A stretch of 64,000 nucleotides of DNA from Desulfobacterales bacterium (GTDB lineage Bacteria > Desulfobacterota > Desulfobacteria > Desulfobacterales > UBA2174), in the NCBI GenBank assembly GCA_963668645.2, contig CAXXWC010000021.1:1376001-1440000 (forward strand), read 5' to 3'. Both the position numbers and the translations under genes were made by a program. Position 1 is the stretch's first letter; the number at the start of each line of letters is the position of its first letter. Positions 39,627 through 50,177 of the stretch are shown here, in pieces. The notes beneath the pieces are model-generated. The model saw only the letters and a program-made list of their open reading frames with translations. It was not told where the DNA came from and made no database searches.

Positions 39627-42350
39627 ATGTTAAACCCGCATCCGTGTGCCGAGAGCCGTCAGGCTGCCAGCGCAGACCGGTGGCGGGCCATCGGCGCCTG
39701 CCGCCTTGTGGCGTGGCTCTGCTGCGCCCTGGCCCTGATACTGGCAACTGCGGGCCCGACCCGGGCCCAAAAGGACAGTCCGCTTCCGGTTCTGGCGCTT
39801 CCGTTCCGCGTCTTTACCCAGGATCCTGCAGGCGATTTGCCCCGGCAGGTGGCACAAACCCTTGCCGAACAGCTCACCGCGGCCGGATCTAAAGCGACGG
39901 TGGCCGATATTGACGACGAAGCGTTGGCTGCCCTGCTCGAAGCCGGCACCGATGCGATCCGCGACTACGGCCGAGCCCAAAGCGTCGCCTTTGTCGTATG
40001 GGGCAGTGTCACCTGGGTCGGCGACCGTTTTTCCATCGACGGGCACCTGACGGAGGTCGCCGGGGGCCGCACCCAGACATTCTACCTCGAGGGCCAGCGG
40101 GTCGAATCTCTCGCCCCGACCCTGCGCAATCTGGTGCGCCAGTTCACCCCGATGATCTTAAAGCAGGACAAGATCGTGGCGATCCGCATCGAGGGCAATC
40201 AGCGGATCGAATCGGACGCCATCGAAAGGGTGATCCGCACCGGCCAGGGAGACATGCTCGACCCGCGCCAGCTGGCCGCCGATCTCAAGGCCGTTTTCGC
40301 CATGGGGTATTTCGACGATATCCGGATCGAGACGAGTGATGAGCCCGGCGGAAAGGCGGTGATATTTCGGGTCAAGGAAAAACCCACGGTCCGGAAAATC
40401 AGCATTACGGGCAACAAGGTCTTCGATGATCAGGAAATCAACGAGACCCTTACCCTGCGCACCGGATCGATCCTCAACGAGACCACGATCCGCAACAATC
40501 TCAAGCGCATCGAAACGCTTTACAAAGACAAGAACTACCATAACGTGAAGGTTGAATACAGCATCATTCCCCTGGACAACAACCAGGGTGACCTGGAGTT
40601 CAAGATCGAAGAAGGAAACAAGATCCGCATCCAGCGCATCGTTTTCCAGGGCAACGACGCCGTATCCGAAAAACAGCTAAAGAAACTGATGAAAACCTCC
40701 GAAGCATGGTTCTTGTCCTGGCTGACTTCGGCCGGCGAACTCAACCAGGAGGTCCTTGACCAGGATGTCGGCCAGATCCGCGCTTATTACAACAACCATG
40801 GCTACATCCAGGCGCGCATCGCCGACCCGGTGATCGAATACATGGACGACGGCATTCAGGTGACGCTTAAAATCGAAGAAGGCCCCCAGTACAAAGTCGG
40901 CACCGTCACCGTTAACGGCGATCTGGTTCAGCCGGCCGAAGATCTGGTGGCGAGGCTGAGCATTGCCAAGGAGACGTATTTCAGCCGCGAGGTGGTGCGC
41001 AACGACGTGCTGCTGCTCACCGATCTTTATGCCGACGAGGGGTATGCCTATGCCGAGATCGTGCCTAGCACTACGGCGAAACAGGACATGCTCATCGTGG
41101 ATATCGATTTTGCCATCCACAAGGGACCGCTGGTCTATTTCGAAAAAATCGTCATCAGCGGCAACACCAAGACCCGCGACAAGGTGGTCCGGCGTGAGTT
41201 GGAAGTCTACGAGCAGGAGCTCTACCAAGGCGCCAAGCTCAAGGAAGGGGTGCGCAACCTCATGCGGCTCGATTATTTCGAGGACGTCAAGGTGGAAACC
41301 CCCAAGGGCAGTGCGGACGACAAGATGACGCTCAAGGTCGACGTGGTCGAGAAGCCCACCGGGGCCTTTACCTTCGGCGGCGGCTACAGCAGCGTCGAGG
41401 ATGTCTTTACGGTGGTTTCCGTCTCCCAGCGCAACTTTCTGGGCAAGGGCCAGACCCTCCAGGCCCAGGCCCAAATCGGCGGATCGACCACCAAATTCGA
41501 CGTCCGGTTTACCGAACCGTGGCTCTTCGACATCCCTTTGACCGCCAGCGTCGATCTGTACAACTGGGAAACCGAGTACGACACCTACGACAAGGACAGT
41601 GTCGGCGCAGGCCTGCGCCTCAGTTACCCCTTCTGGAAGGATGTCCGGCTCTACTGGGGGTATCGCTTTGATATTTCCGATATCAGTGAAATCACCGATG
41701 ATGCCTCTGACGAGGTACGCGAACTGGAGGGCTCCAACACCACCAGCTCCACCGAAGTGGCTATCCGCTACGATTCGCGCAATCGGTATTTCAATCCCAC
41801 GGAGGGTTCGATGCACGGCATCAGCCTGGAGTACGCAGGTCTGGGCGGCGATGTGGGATTCATCAAGACCGAGGTTGAAACCGGCTGGTATTTCCCTCTT
41901 TTCAAGCGAATTACCGGCTTTTTACGGGCCAAGGGCGGATATGTGACCGAGACCGGAGGCAAGCTGCTGCCCGACTATGAAAAATTCTACAAGGGCGGAA
42001 TCAACTCCCTGCGCGGCTTTCGCTGGAAAGATCTGGCCCCTTCCAAAATCAACAGCCAGGGCTATCTGAGCTATGTCGGCGGAGAAAAATACGTCCAGTT
42101 CAACGCCGAGGCCATCTTCCCGATTGAAGAAAAGATGGGCGTCATGGGGGTCGTCTTTTTCGACACCGGCGAGGTCTTCAGCAAGGATGAGGACCTCGAT
42201 TTTGGCAATCTGCGCGAAAGTGTGGGGGCCGGAATCCGCTGGTATTCACCCGTGGGGCCGATCCGCGTCGAATACGGGCACATTCTCGATCCGAAGACCG
42301 GTGCCGGTGAAGGCGGACGCTGGGAGTTCACCATGGGGACGACCTTCTGA
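39627..42350 (+). CDS. bamA: Outer membrane protein assembly factor BamA with an extra N-terminal domain
   Basis: POTRA repeats (IEGNQRI, ISGNTKTRDKVVRRE), SLRGF, WYSPVGPIRVEYG, C-terminal F. Confidence 0.95.
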   Translation: MLNPHPCAESRQAASADRWRAIGACRLVAWLCCALALILATAGPTRAQKDSPLPVLALPFRVFTQDPAGDLPRQVAQTLAEQLTAAGSKATVADIDDEALAALLEAGTDAIRDYGRAQSVAFVVWGSVTWVGDRFSIDGHLTEVAGGRTQTFYLEGQRVESLAPTLRNLVRQFTPMILKQDKIVAIRIEGNQRIESDAIERVIRTGQGDMLDPRQLAADLKAVFAMGYFDDIRIETSDEPGGKAVIFRVKEKPTVRKISITGNKVFDDQEINETLTLRTGSILNETTIRNNLKRIETLYKDKNYHNVKVEYSIIPLDNNQGDLEFKIEEGNKIRIQRIVFQGNDAVSEKQLKKLMKTSEAWFLSWLTSAGELNQEVLDQDVGQIRAYYNNHGYIQARIADPVIEYMDDGIQVTLKIEEGPQYKVGTVTVNGDLVQPAEDLVARLSIAKETYFSREVVRNDVLLLTDLYADEGYAYAEIVPSTTAKQDMLIVDIDFAIHKGPLVYFEKIVISGNTKTRDKVVRRELEVYEQELYQGAKLKEGVRNLMRLDYFEDVKVETPKGSADDKMTLKVDVVEKPTGAFTFGGGYSSVEDVFTVVSVSQRNFLGKGQTLQAQAQIGGSTTKFDVRFTEPWLFDIPLTASVDLYNWETEYDTYDKDSVGAGLRLSYPFWKDVRLYWGYRFDISDISEITDDASDEVRELEGSNTTSSTEVAIRYDSRNRYFNPTEGSMHGISLEYAGLGGDVGFIKTEVETGWYFPLFKRITGFLRAKGGYVTETGGKLLPDYEKFYKGGINSLRGFRWKDLAPSKINSQGYLSYVGGEKYVQFNAEAIFPIEEKMGVMGVVFFDTGEVFSKDEDLDFGNLRESVGAGIRWYSPVGPIRVEYGHILDPKTGAGEGGRWEFTMGTTF

Positions 42351-42441
42351 GGGTCGAACAATTACTTTTTGCGCCCCAACCGGTCCAATATTCAAAGTTA
42401 AGGGTGCAGCGAATCGCTCAAACATGAAAACAGGAGGATCT

Positions 42442-42975
42442 ATGCAATATAGAAAACTGGGTTGGACCTGCCTGCTGGTGATTGCCTGGCTCGGATGCGG
42501 TGCAACGGTCATGGCGGCCGATACCAAAATCGGGCTCGTCGATTTTCAGCGTATTCTGGACGAATCGGCCGCCGGCAAGGCCGCACAGGCTGAATTCAAC
42601 AAACGCGGCAAGGAAATGGAAGCCGAACTCAAAACCAAGGGTGAAGAACTGGAAGCCATGCGAACCCAACTCCAGAACGACGCCATGGTGATGACCAACG
42701 AAATGCGAGAGGAAAAGGAACGCGAGTTCCGCATCAAAGTCAACGACTTTAAAGAGCTGCAAAAAAGCCACAACAAGACCGTGCGCGAGCTGCAAATGCG
42801 CGCCATCGCCCGAATCCGTCATGACGTCCAAGAAATGATCAAATCGATCGGCGAAAAGGAAGGCTATTCCCTGATCATCGAAAAGCAGGAAGCCGGGGTT
42901 CTTTTCACCGCACCAGACGCCGACCTGACGGACCGGATTATCAAGCGCTACGATACCCCGCCAAAAACCAAGTGA
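42442..42975 (+). CDS. skp: Periplasmic chaperone Skp/OmpH
   Basis: Signal peptide, KIGLVDFQRIL, coiled coil, DLTDRII; AGGAGG RBS. Confidence 0.92.
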   Translation: MQYRKLGWTCLLVIAWLGCGATVMAADTKIGLVDFQRILDESAAGKAAQAEFNKRGKEMEAELKTKGEELEAMRTQLQNDAMVMTNEMREEKEREFRIKVNDFKELQKSHNKTVRELQMRAIARIRHDVQEMIKSIGEKEGYSLIIEKQEAGVLFTAPDADLTDRIIKRYDTPPKTK

Positions 42976-42985
42976 GACCGACCAG

Positions 42986-44041
42986 ATGACACCATCTTCT
43001 ACGCCATCATCATCGCCCCTCTGCCTGGCCCGCATCGCCGCCTTGGTGGGCGGCGAGGTGGCCGGCGATCCGCAGCGTACGGTGACCGGGGCCGCCCCCT
43101 TTGAAAGCGCCGGCGAAAACGAGATCGCTTTTGCCGCCGCTGCGGCCTATTTGAAACGCCTGGACGAATGCCGGGCCGGCGTCCTGCTGGTGCCTCCGGC
43201 CACCGAGGCACCGGGCCGGGACCTGATCCGGGTGCAAAATCCCCAGGCCGCCTTTGCCCGCGTGCTGCGGATGCTCCACCCGCCGCTGCGGCCGGCTCCC
43301 GGCACCCATCCCAGCGCCGTGATCGGCGAACGCTTCAGTTGCGGGGAAGAGAGTACCATCGGTGCCCAGGCGGTGATCGGAGAGGATGTTGTCATCGGGC
43401 GCGGGGTCGTGTTGGCCCCCCATGTCGTAATCGGGGACCGGGTCACGATCGGCGACGACACGCGCATTTTCCCCCATGTAACCATCCTGGCCGACTGCCG
43501 GATCGGGTCCCGGGTAACGATTCAAGCCGGCACGGTGATCGGTTCGGACGGGTTCGGCTATGCCCGCGACGGGGAGCACTACCTGAAAATCGTCCACCGC
43601 GGCATTGTCCAGATCGACGACGACGTGGAAATCGGCGCGGTCAACACCATCGACCGGGCCACCTTCGGCCGCACCTGGATCCAGTCCGGAGTGCGCACCG
43701 ACAACCTGGTCCATATCGCCCACAACGTCACGGTGGGTGAAAATACGGTTCTCGTGGCCCAGGTGGGCATATCCGGCAGTGTGACCATCGGCCGCCAGGC
43801 GATCCTGGCCGGCCAGGCCGGGATTGCCGGCCACCTGACCATCGGCGACGGGGCCACCGTCGGCCCGCAGGCCGGGGTGGCCCGGTCGGTCCCCCCCGGC
43901 GCAGTGGTTTCCGGATCCCCGGAAATGCCCCATCGTCAGTGGCTCCGTGCCCAGCGGATCACTGCCCAGCTCCCCGAACTGGCGCAGCGTCTGCGGGACC
44001 TGGAAAAACGTCTGGCCATCCTGGAAGAATGCAACGGCTGA
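42986..44041 (+). CDS. lpxD: UDP-3-O-acylglucosamine N-acyltransferase
   Basis: Hexapeptide repeats, IGSDGFGY, TIDRA, DNLVHIAHNV. Confidence 0.96.
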   Translation: MTPSSTPSSSPLCLARIAALVGGEVAGDPQRTVTGAAPFESAGENEIAFAAAAAYLKRLDECRAGVLLVPPATEAPGRDLIRVQNPQAAFARVLRMLHPPLRPAPGTHPSAVIGERFSCGEESTIGAQAVIGEDVVIGRGVVLAPHVVIGDRVTIGDDTRIFPHVTILADCRIGSRVTIQAGTVIGSDGFGYARDGEHYLKIVHRGIVQIDDDVEIGAVNTIDRATFGRTWIQSGVRTDNLVHIAHNVTVGENTVLVAQVGISGSVTIGRQAILAGQAGIAGHLTIGDGATVGPQAGVARSVPPGAVVSGSPEMPHRQWLRAQRITAQLPELAQRLRDLEKRLAILEECNG

Positions 44042-44081
44042 AACGGCGTCCCAGACCGGGGACGCGACAGGAGAAGGGATT

Positions 44082-44528
44082 ATGCCCCCGGTATACGATA
44101 TCCGCAGGATCATGGACGCCCTTCCGCACCGCTATCCGTTCATCCTGGTGGACCGGGTGCTGGAACTGGTTCCCGATAAACGTATCCGGGCCTTGAAAAA
44201 CGTGACGATCAACGAGCCATTTTTCCAGGGGCATTTTCCAGGCACCCCCATCATGCCCGGCGTACTGATCCTCGAAGCCCTGGCCCAGACCGGAGGGCTC
44301 TTGATCTGCGCCTCCAGGCCGGTGGCCGAGCACGAAATGCTCTATTTTACCGGAATGGACCGGGTCCGTTTTCGACGCCCGGTCGTTCCGGGCGATCAAT
44401 TGATCCTGGAGGGCCGCATCCTCAAGGTCCGCACCAATGTCGCCAAGATCAGCGCCACGGCTGCTGTCGGCAATCAACTGGCCGCCGAAGCGGAACTGAT
44501 GGCCAATTTCGGCGAGAGACCCAAATGA
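44082..44528 (+). CDS. fabZ: 3-hydroxyacyl-ACP dehydratase
   Basis: LPHRYPFILVDRV, FFQGHFP, MPGVLILEALAQ. Confidence 0.97.
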   Translation: MPPVYDIRRIMDALPHRYPFILVDRVLELVPDKRIRALKNVTINEPFFQGHFPGTPIMPGVLILEALAQTGGLLICASRPVAEHEMLYFTGMDRVRFRRPVVPGDQLILEGRILKVRTNVAKISATAAVGNQLAAEAELMANFGERPK

Positions 44529-44586
44529 CCTTCGCCGGGCTGGATCGAAGGAGCCTGCCCGCGACCATAAGCATCCACGAGGAACC

Positions 44587-45360
44587 ATGATGATCCACCC
44601 CACAGCCATTGTCAGCGCAGGCGCCGAAATCGGAGAAAACGTCTCCATCGGCCCCTATGCGGTGATTGGCGAAAACGTCTCCATCGGCGCCAACACCCGC
44701 ATCGGCGCCCATGCGGTTATCGAACCGTTCGTCAGCATCGGGCGCGATTGCCGCATCTTTCAGTTCGCCGCCATCGGTGCAGTGCCCCAATCGGTGAAGT
44801 TCGAGGGCGAAAGGACCTATGTCAAGATCGCGCAACGCTGCACGGTGCGTGAATTCGTCACCATTCACCGGGGCACGGCCTTCGGCGGTGGACTGACCGA
44901 AATCGGCGAAGGATGCTTTTTGATGGCCTACACCCACGTGGCCCACGATTGCCGCATCGGGCGCAACGTGATTATGGCCAACAACGCCACCCTGGGCGGT
45001 CACATCCAGATCGGCGACTACGCTTCGGTGGGCGGCCTGGTGGCGATTCACCAGTTCGTGCGCATCGGGGATCATGCCTTTGTCGGCGGCAAATCCGCGG
45101 TGGTCAAGGACATTCCGCCTTACGTGATCGCCGCCGGGGACCGGGCCACCCTCCACGGTCTGAACCGGGTCGGCCTGCAGCGCCATGGGTTTCCCCAGGA
45201 AACCCTGGCGGCGCTCAAAAAGAGTTACCGTATCCTCTTCCGCTTCGGGCTGACCCTCCAGGAAGCCCTCGCGCGGGTCAGGGCAGAGGTGGCACCAATT
45301 CCCGAAGTCGTCCGCTTTCTCGAATTTCTCGAGTCGTCCCGGCGTGGGATCACCCGTTAG
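44587..45360 (+). CDS. lpxA: UDP-GlcNAc acyltransferase
   Basis: IHPTAIV, REFVTIHRGT, HVAHDC, IHQFVRIG, GLNRVGL. Confidence 0.97.
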   Translation: MMIHPTAIVSAGAEIGENVSIGPYAVIGENVSIGANTRIGAHAVIEPFVSIGRDCRIFQFAAIGAVPQSVKFEGERTYVKIAQRCTVREFVTIHRGTAFGGGLTEIGEGCFLMAYTHVAHDCRIGRNVIMANNATLGGHIQIGDYASVGGLVAIHQFVRIGDHAFVGGKSAVVKDIPPYVIAAGDRATLHGLNRVGLQRHGFPQETLAALKKSYRILFRFGLTLQEALARVRAEVAPIPEVVRFLEFLESSRRGITR

Positions 45361-45455
45361 GGCCTTGGGGTAAGAACCATGGCCGATTCAGCTTGCGCCA
45401 GGCCCTGCAGGATCGTCCCGGCCCTGGGGGCAAGCCCGTTCCCGGCAGGCATGTG

Positions 45456-46289
45456 ATGCAGCGTATCGGATTAATCGCCGGCGGCGGCCAGTTTCCACTT
45501 CTTTTCGCCCGCGCCGCAACAGCGCACGGCTATCAGGTGGTGGCCGCGGCCCACCATGGAGAGACCGACCCCCAACTGGTCGCATCGGTCCATGACCTGG
45601 CCTGGTTCCACCTGGGCCAACTGGGACGCCTGATCCGCTATTTCCGGCGCCACGGGGTCGATCAGGCCGTAATGATGGGTTCGATCCGCAAGACCCGCCT
45701 CTTTACCGACCTGCGCCCGGACATCAAGGCCATCGCCATCCTGGCCCGCATGCCCAACACCCATGACGACGGCGTGTTGCGCGCCTTTGCCCGGGCCATG
45801 GAAAACGAGGGGATCCGGGTGCAGCCTTCCACCTTTCTTTTGCCCGAGCTGCTGGCCCCGGCCGGGTGCTGGACCCGGCGGCGCCCCGGGCGCGGCGAGA
45901 TGGCTGACATCCACCTCGGCCGCAAGCTGGCCGCCGCCGTCGGACGGCTGGACATCGGCCAGTGCGTGGTGGTCGAGGGCGGCACGGTCCTCGCGGTGGA
46001 GGCCATCGACGGCACCGACGCCACCATTCGGCGCGGCGGACCCTTAGGCAGCGGGCGGGCGGTGGTGGTCAAGATCTGCAAACCGAACCAGGACCGGCGT
46101 TTCGACATGCCGGCGGTGGGTTGCGAGACGGTGGCCGTGATGCAGGCCTCCGGGGTGCGGGCCCTGGCGGTGGAGGCGCAAAGGGCCGTGACCTTCGACC
46201 GGCAAGCGATGATCGCCCTGGCCGATCAACATCGCATCGCCATTGTCGGCCTCGAACCCGAAGAGGAAAACGAATCATGTCAAGGCTGA
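45456..46289 (+). CDS. lpxI: UDP-2,3-diacylglucosamine diphosphatase LpxI
   Basis: IGLIAGGGQFP, DIGQCVVV, AVEAIDGTD, QDRRFDMPAVG. Confidence 0.92.
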   Translation: MQRIGLIAGGGQFPLLFARAATAHGYQVVAAAHHGETDPQLVASVHDLAWFHLGQLGRLIRYFRRHGVDQAVMMGSIRKTRLFTDLRPDIKAIAILARMPNTHDDGVLRAFARAMENEGIRVQPSTFLLPELLAPAGCWTRRRPGRGEMADIHLGRKLAAAVGRLDIGQCVVVEGGTVLAVEAIDGTDATIRRGGPLGSGRAVVVKICKPNQDRRFDMPAVGCETVAVMQASGVRALAVEAQRAVTFDRQAMIALADQHRIAIVGLEPEEENESCQG

Positions 46290-47254
46290 GAGTTGCCGTC
46301 ATCGGCGTCGGATACCTGGGCCGCTTCCACGCAGCCAAGTACGCGGCCATTGACGGCGTCGAACTGGTAGGGGTGGCGGATATCGACCCGGCCCAGTCCC
46401 AGGCGGTGGCCCGGCAATTGGGGTGCCGGTCCTTTTCCGACTACCGCGAACTGATCGGGCGGGTGGATGCGGTGAGCATCGTGGTCCCCACTTCCGCCCA
46501 TTACGGGGTGAGCCTCGATTTTATCGAAAACGGCGTCGATGTGCTCATCGAAAAACCCATCACCACCGGCCTGGACGAGGCCGACACCCTGATCCGTCTG
46601 GCCGCGGAGCGCAGCCGGTTGATCCAGGTCGGGCATCTGGAACGCTTCAACCCGGCCTTGGTGGCCCTGGGCCCGCGCATCGGCCAAGTGCGCTTCATTG
46701 AAAGCCACCGGTTGAGCCCTTACCAGCCGCGGGGTACCGACGTGTCGGTGGTGCTCGATCTGATGATCCACGATATCGACATCATCTTGCACCTAGCGGC
46801 CAGCCCGGTCCAAGAGATCCGGGCCGCCGGGCTAGCGGTGATTTCCGGGCACGAGGACATTGCCAATGCCCGTCTGGCCTTTGCCAACGGGTGCGTGGCC
46901 AACGTCACCGCCAGCCGCCTGGCCACCCGCAGCGAGCGCAAGATGCGCCTGTTCCAGCAGGATGCCTACATGACCGTCGATTTCGCCCACCGCCAGGCCA
47001 CGGTGGTCAGCCCAGCCACCGAAGCCCAACCCGGGACCGGAACCATTCCCGGAATGCAGATCGAAAAACTCACCCCTGACGCCGGTGACGCCCTGGATGA
47101 CGAAATCCGCGCCTTTGTCAGCGCGGTGCGCCATCGCACCCCCCCGGTGGTCGACGGCCGGATGGGCCGCGAGGCCCTGGCGGCGGCCCTGGCCATCATC
47201 GAACAGATCCGCAAAGCCGGCGATGCCTTCAAGGCCATCCGGGAACGACCATGA
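46277..47254 (+). CDS. Gfo/Idh/MocA oxidoreductase, GnnA-like
   Basis: GVGYLG, EKP, VGHLERFNP, DVSVVLDLMIHDID; located between lpxI and lpxB. Confidence 0.85.
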   Translation: MSRLRVAVIGVGYLGRFHAAKYAAIDGVELVGVADIDPAQSQAVARQLGCRSFSDYRELIGRVDAVSIVVPTSAHYGVSLDFIENGVDVLIEKPITTGLDEADTLIRLAAERSRLIQVGHLERFNPALVALGPRIGQVRFIESHRLSPYQPRGTDVSVVLDLMIHDIDIILHLAASPVQEIRAAGLAVISGHEDIANARLAFANGCVANVTASRLATRSERKMRLFQQDAYMTVDFAHRQATVVSPATEAQPGTGTIPGMQIEKLTPDAGDALDDEIRAFVSAVRHRTPPVVDGRMGREALAAALAIIEQIRKAGDAFKAIRERP

Positions 47255-48402
47255 GCCCCAGGACCATGATGATCGTGGCCGGGGAGGCCTCGGCCGATCT
47301 GCACGGCGCCCGGTTGCTGCACGCGCTGCAGCGCAGGGTACCGGATCTGGCCTGCTTCGGAATCGGCGGCCCGGCCCTGGAAGAGGCCGGCGCCGAAATC
47401 CTGGTCCAGGCGGCCGAGCTGGCCGTGGTGGGCATCACCGAGGTGGCCGCCAAGGCCCCGGCTCTGTTGCGGGCCCTGTCTTTGTCCCGCCGGGAGCTGG
47501 CGCGTCGCCGCCCGCATCTGCTGGTACTGATCGATTTTCCGGATTTCAACCTCATGCTGGCGCGAACGGCAAAGCGCCTCGGGATTCCGGTCCTTTATTA
47601 CATCAGCCCCCAGGTCTGGGCCTGGCGGTCCGGGCGCATCCGCACCATCGCTGCAAGGGTGGACCATATGGCGGTCATCCTGCCCTTCGAGGAGGCTCTC
47701 TACCGGCGCCAGGGCGTACCGGTGACCTTCGTGGGGCATCCGTTGATGGATGCGGCCCCCCAGCCGGCCCCGGAGCCTTGGGGCGCCCCGGTGCTGGTCA
47801 GCCTGCTCCCGGGCAGCCGGGACAGCGAGGTGCAGCGGTTGCTGCCCGTCATGCTGGACGCGGTCCAACGGCTGAACCCGCGCTATCCCGCAACGGTCTG
47901 GCGCGTCTCGGTGGCCCCCACGGTGGATCCGTCTCTGGTGGCGGGCATCCTGGCGCAGCACGACGCCTCTGGCAGATGCGAAACCGTAATCGGTGGAACC
48001 GCCGACCTGCTTGCCGCCAGCACCCTGGTCGTGGCCGCGTCGGGAACCGTCACCCTGGAAGCGGCCATCGCCGGCACCCCCACCGTGATCGTCTACAAGG
48101 TCTCCCCGTTGAGCTATCGCCTGGGCCGCCTTCTGATCCGGGTTCCCTATATCGGCCTGGCCAACCTGATCGCCGATGCCCCGTTGATGCCGGAGTTGAT
48201 CCAGGATAACGCCTGCCCGGAGGCCATCGCCCGCACCGTGGCCGCCCTGCTGGACGATCCGGCCCGGCGGGAGCGGATGCGTGCGGCCCTGGCCCAGGTC
48301 CGCCGCCGGCTGGGTCCGCCCGGCGCCACCGAACGCCTGGCGGCCATCGCCCATGGCATGATGGCATCGGATCCAATGCGCCCGGAGAGGTTGGCACCAT
48401 GA
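47251..48402 (+). CDS. lpxB: Lipid-A-disaccharide synthase
   Basis: AGEASAD, IDFPDFN, SPQVWAWR, LPGSR, SGTVTLE. Confidence 0.96.
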   Translation: MSPRTMMIVAGEASADLHGARLLHALQRRVPDLACFGIGGPALEEAGAEILVQAAELAVVGITEVAAKAPALLRALSLSRRELARRRPHLLVLIDFPDFNLMLARTAKRLGIPVLYYISPQVWAWRSGRIRTIAARVDHMAVILPFEEALYRRQGVPVTFVGHPLMDAAPQPAPEPWGAPVLVSLLPGSRDSEVQRLLPVMLDAVQRLNPRYPATVWRVSVAPTVDPSLVAGILAQHDASGRCETVIGGTADLLAASTLVVAASGTVTLEAAIAGTPTVIVYKVSPLSYRLGRLLIRVPYIGLANLIADAPLMPELIQDNACPEAIARTVAALLDDPARRERMRAALAQVRRRLGPPGATERLAAIAHGMMASDPMRPERLAP

Positions 48403-50153
48403 GCCGAGGCCTTCCCATCCGGCTGACCCGGCGCCACCGCCAGCTGATCGATCTGGTACGCGAGCACTGGGGCCGCCTGGCCCTGTCGATGGTCTGTATG
48501 CTGGTGATCGCCGCGGCTACGGCCAGCACGGCCTATCTGGTCAAACCGGTGCTGGACGATATTTTCTTCAGCCGCAATCAGCGCATGCTGACGCTGATTC
48601 CGGTGGCGGTGGTCTTGATCTACCTGCTTCGCGGTGTAGGCATGTACGCCCAGGAATATTTGATGAGCTACGTGGGCGAGCGTATCATCCTGAAGCTGCG
48701 CACCCTGCTCTATGACCGGATCCAGGACCTTCCGGTCTCATTTTTCCAGCACGAAAAGACCGGCGTGCTCATGAGCCGCATCACCAACGATGTGAATGTG
48801 ATCAAGGCCATGGTCTCTTTTGCCGTCACCAGCAGCCTCAAGGACGTCTTTACCATCCTGGGGCTGGTGGGCGTTATCTTCTACCGGGACTGGAAGATGG
48901 CCATTTTTGCCCTGGTGATCCTGCCCCTGGCCTTCTTTCCGGTGGTCGAGTTCGGCCGCCGGGTACGGCGGGCCTCCACCGGCTGCCAGGAGGCCATGGC
49001 CGATCTGAACGTCTTTTTGCACGAAACCATCGCCGGCAACAAAATCGTCAAGGCCTTCGGCCGCGAAACCCATGAAAAGAACCGGTTTCGCGAAAAGACC
49101 GAAGCCCTGTTCAAGGTGGAGCTGCGCGCGGTGGTCGCCCGCAGCCTCTCTTCGCCGGTGATGGAATTTTTGGGCGGCGTGGGCATTGCGTTTATCATCT
49201 GGTACGGCGGCAGCAAGGTGATCGCCGGCACTTCCACCGCCGGCACCTTTTTCTCTTTTATGGCGGCGGTGTTGATGCTCTACGATCCGGTCAAGAAAAT
49301 CACCCGGCTCAACAACGTCCTCCAGCAGGGGATGGCGGCCGCCGACCGGGTCTTCGACATCCTGGAGACCGGCTCGGACATCCTCGATCCCCCGGAGCCC
49401 GTCCGGCTGCCGCGCCAGCCCCATCGGGTGGCTTTCGAAGACGCCTGGTTCCGCTACGACGACGCCTGGGTGCTCAAGGGGATCGACCTGGCGGTGGCCG
49501 AGGGCGAAGTCCTGGCCCTGGTGGGCATGAGCGGGGGAGGAAAGACGACCCTGGTCAATCTCATCCCGCGGTTTTTCGATGTCCGCCGCGGGGCGGTGAC
49601 CATCGACGGCATCGATATCCGGCGCTTTTCGCTGGCCGACCTGCGCGGCCAGATCGCCGTGGTAACCCAGGAGCCGATCCTCTTCAACGACACGGTGCGC
49701 TACAACATCGCCTACGGCCGGCCAGATGCCGGCGAATCGGAAATTATAGCCGCCGCCGAAGCGGCCAACGCCTTGAATTTCATCCGATCCCTGCCCCAGG
49801 GCCTCGACACGCCCATCGGTGAGCTGGGCGGGCGGCTTTCCGGCGGCGAAAAGCAGCGGCTGTGCATCGCCCGGGCACTGATCAAGGATGCCCCGATCCT
49901 GATCCTGGACGAAGCCACCTCGGCTCTCGACACCGAGGCCGAAATGCTGGTACAGCAAGCCCTGGTCAACCTGATGCAGGGGCGCACCACTTTTGTGATC
50001 GCCCACCGGCTCTCGACCGTGGAACACGCCGACCGCATCGCCGTGGTCGTCGACGGGCGCATCGTCGAACAGGGCACCCATGCCGACCTGCTGGCCTGCA
50101 AAGGCGAATACTGCAAGCTCTATCAAATGCAGTTCGGCAATGGGACCGATTAA
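48399..50153 (+). CDS. msbA: Lipid A flippase MsbA
   Basis: ABC TMD plus NBD (GMSGGGKT, LSGGEKQR, DEATSALD, IAHRLST); context. Confidence 0.9.
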   Translation: MSRGLPIRLTRRHRQLIDLVREHWGRLALSMVCMLVIAAATASTAYLVKPVLDDIFFSRNQRMLTLIPVAVVLIYLLRGVGMYAQEYLMSYVGERIILKLRTLLYDRIQDLPVSFFQHEKTGVLMSRITNDVNVIKAMVSFAVTSSLKDVFTILGLVGVIFYRDWKMAIFALVILPLAFFPVVEFGRRVRRASTGCQEAMADLNVFLHETIAGNKIVKAFGRETHEKNRFREKTEALFKVELRAVVARSLSSPVMEFLGGVGIAFIIWYGGSKVIAGTSTAGTFFSFMAAVLMLYDPVKKITRLNNVLQQGMAAADRVFDILETGSDILDPPEPVRLPRQPHRVAFEDAWFRYDDAWVLKGIDLAVAEGEVLALVGMSGGGKTTLVNLIPRFFDVRRGAVTIDGIDIRRFSLADLRGQIAVVTQEPILFNDTVRYNIAYGRPDAGESEIIAAAEAANALNFIRSLPQGLDTPIGELGGRLSGGEKQRLCIARALIKDAPILILDEATSALDTEAEMLVQQALVNLMQGRTTFVIAHRLSTVEHADRIAVVVDGRIVEQGTHADLLACKGEYCKLYQMQFGNGTD

Positions 50154-50177
50154 CTTTCCTTCTAACGCCAAAATGCC

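Noticed and set aside
48399..50153. MsbA-like ABC transporter as the missing energiser of the TolC/HlyD operon
   Set aside because: It lies 39 kb away within the lipid A operon, has no C39 peptidase-like domain, and fits lipid A flipping
46966..50171. Long minus-strand ORFs (462 aa and 477 aa) opposite lpxB and msbA
   Set aside because: Antisense shadows of well-supported genes
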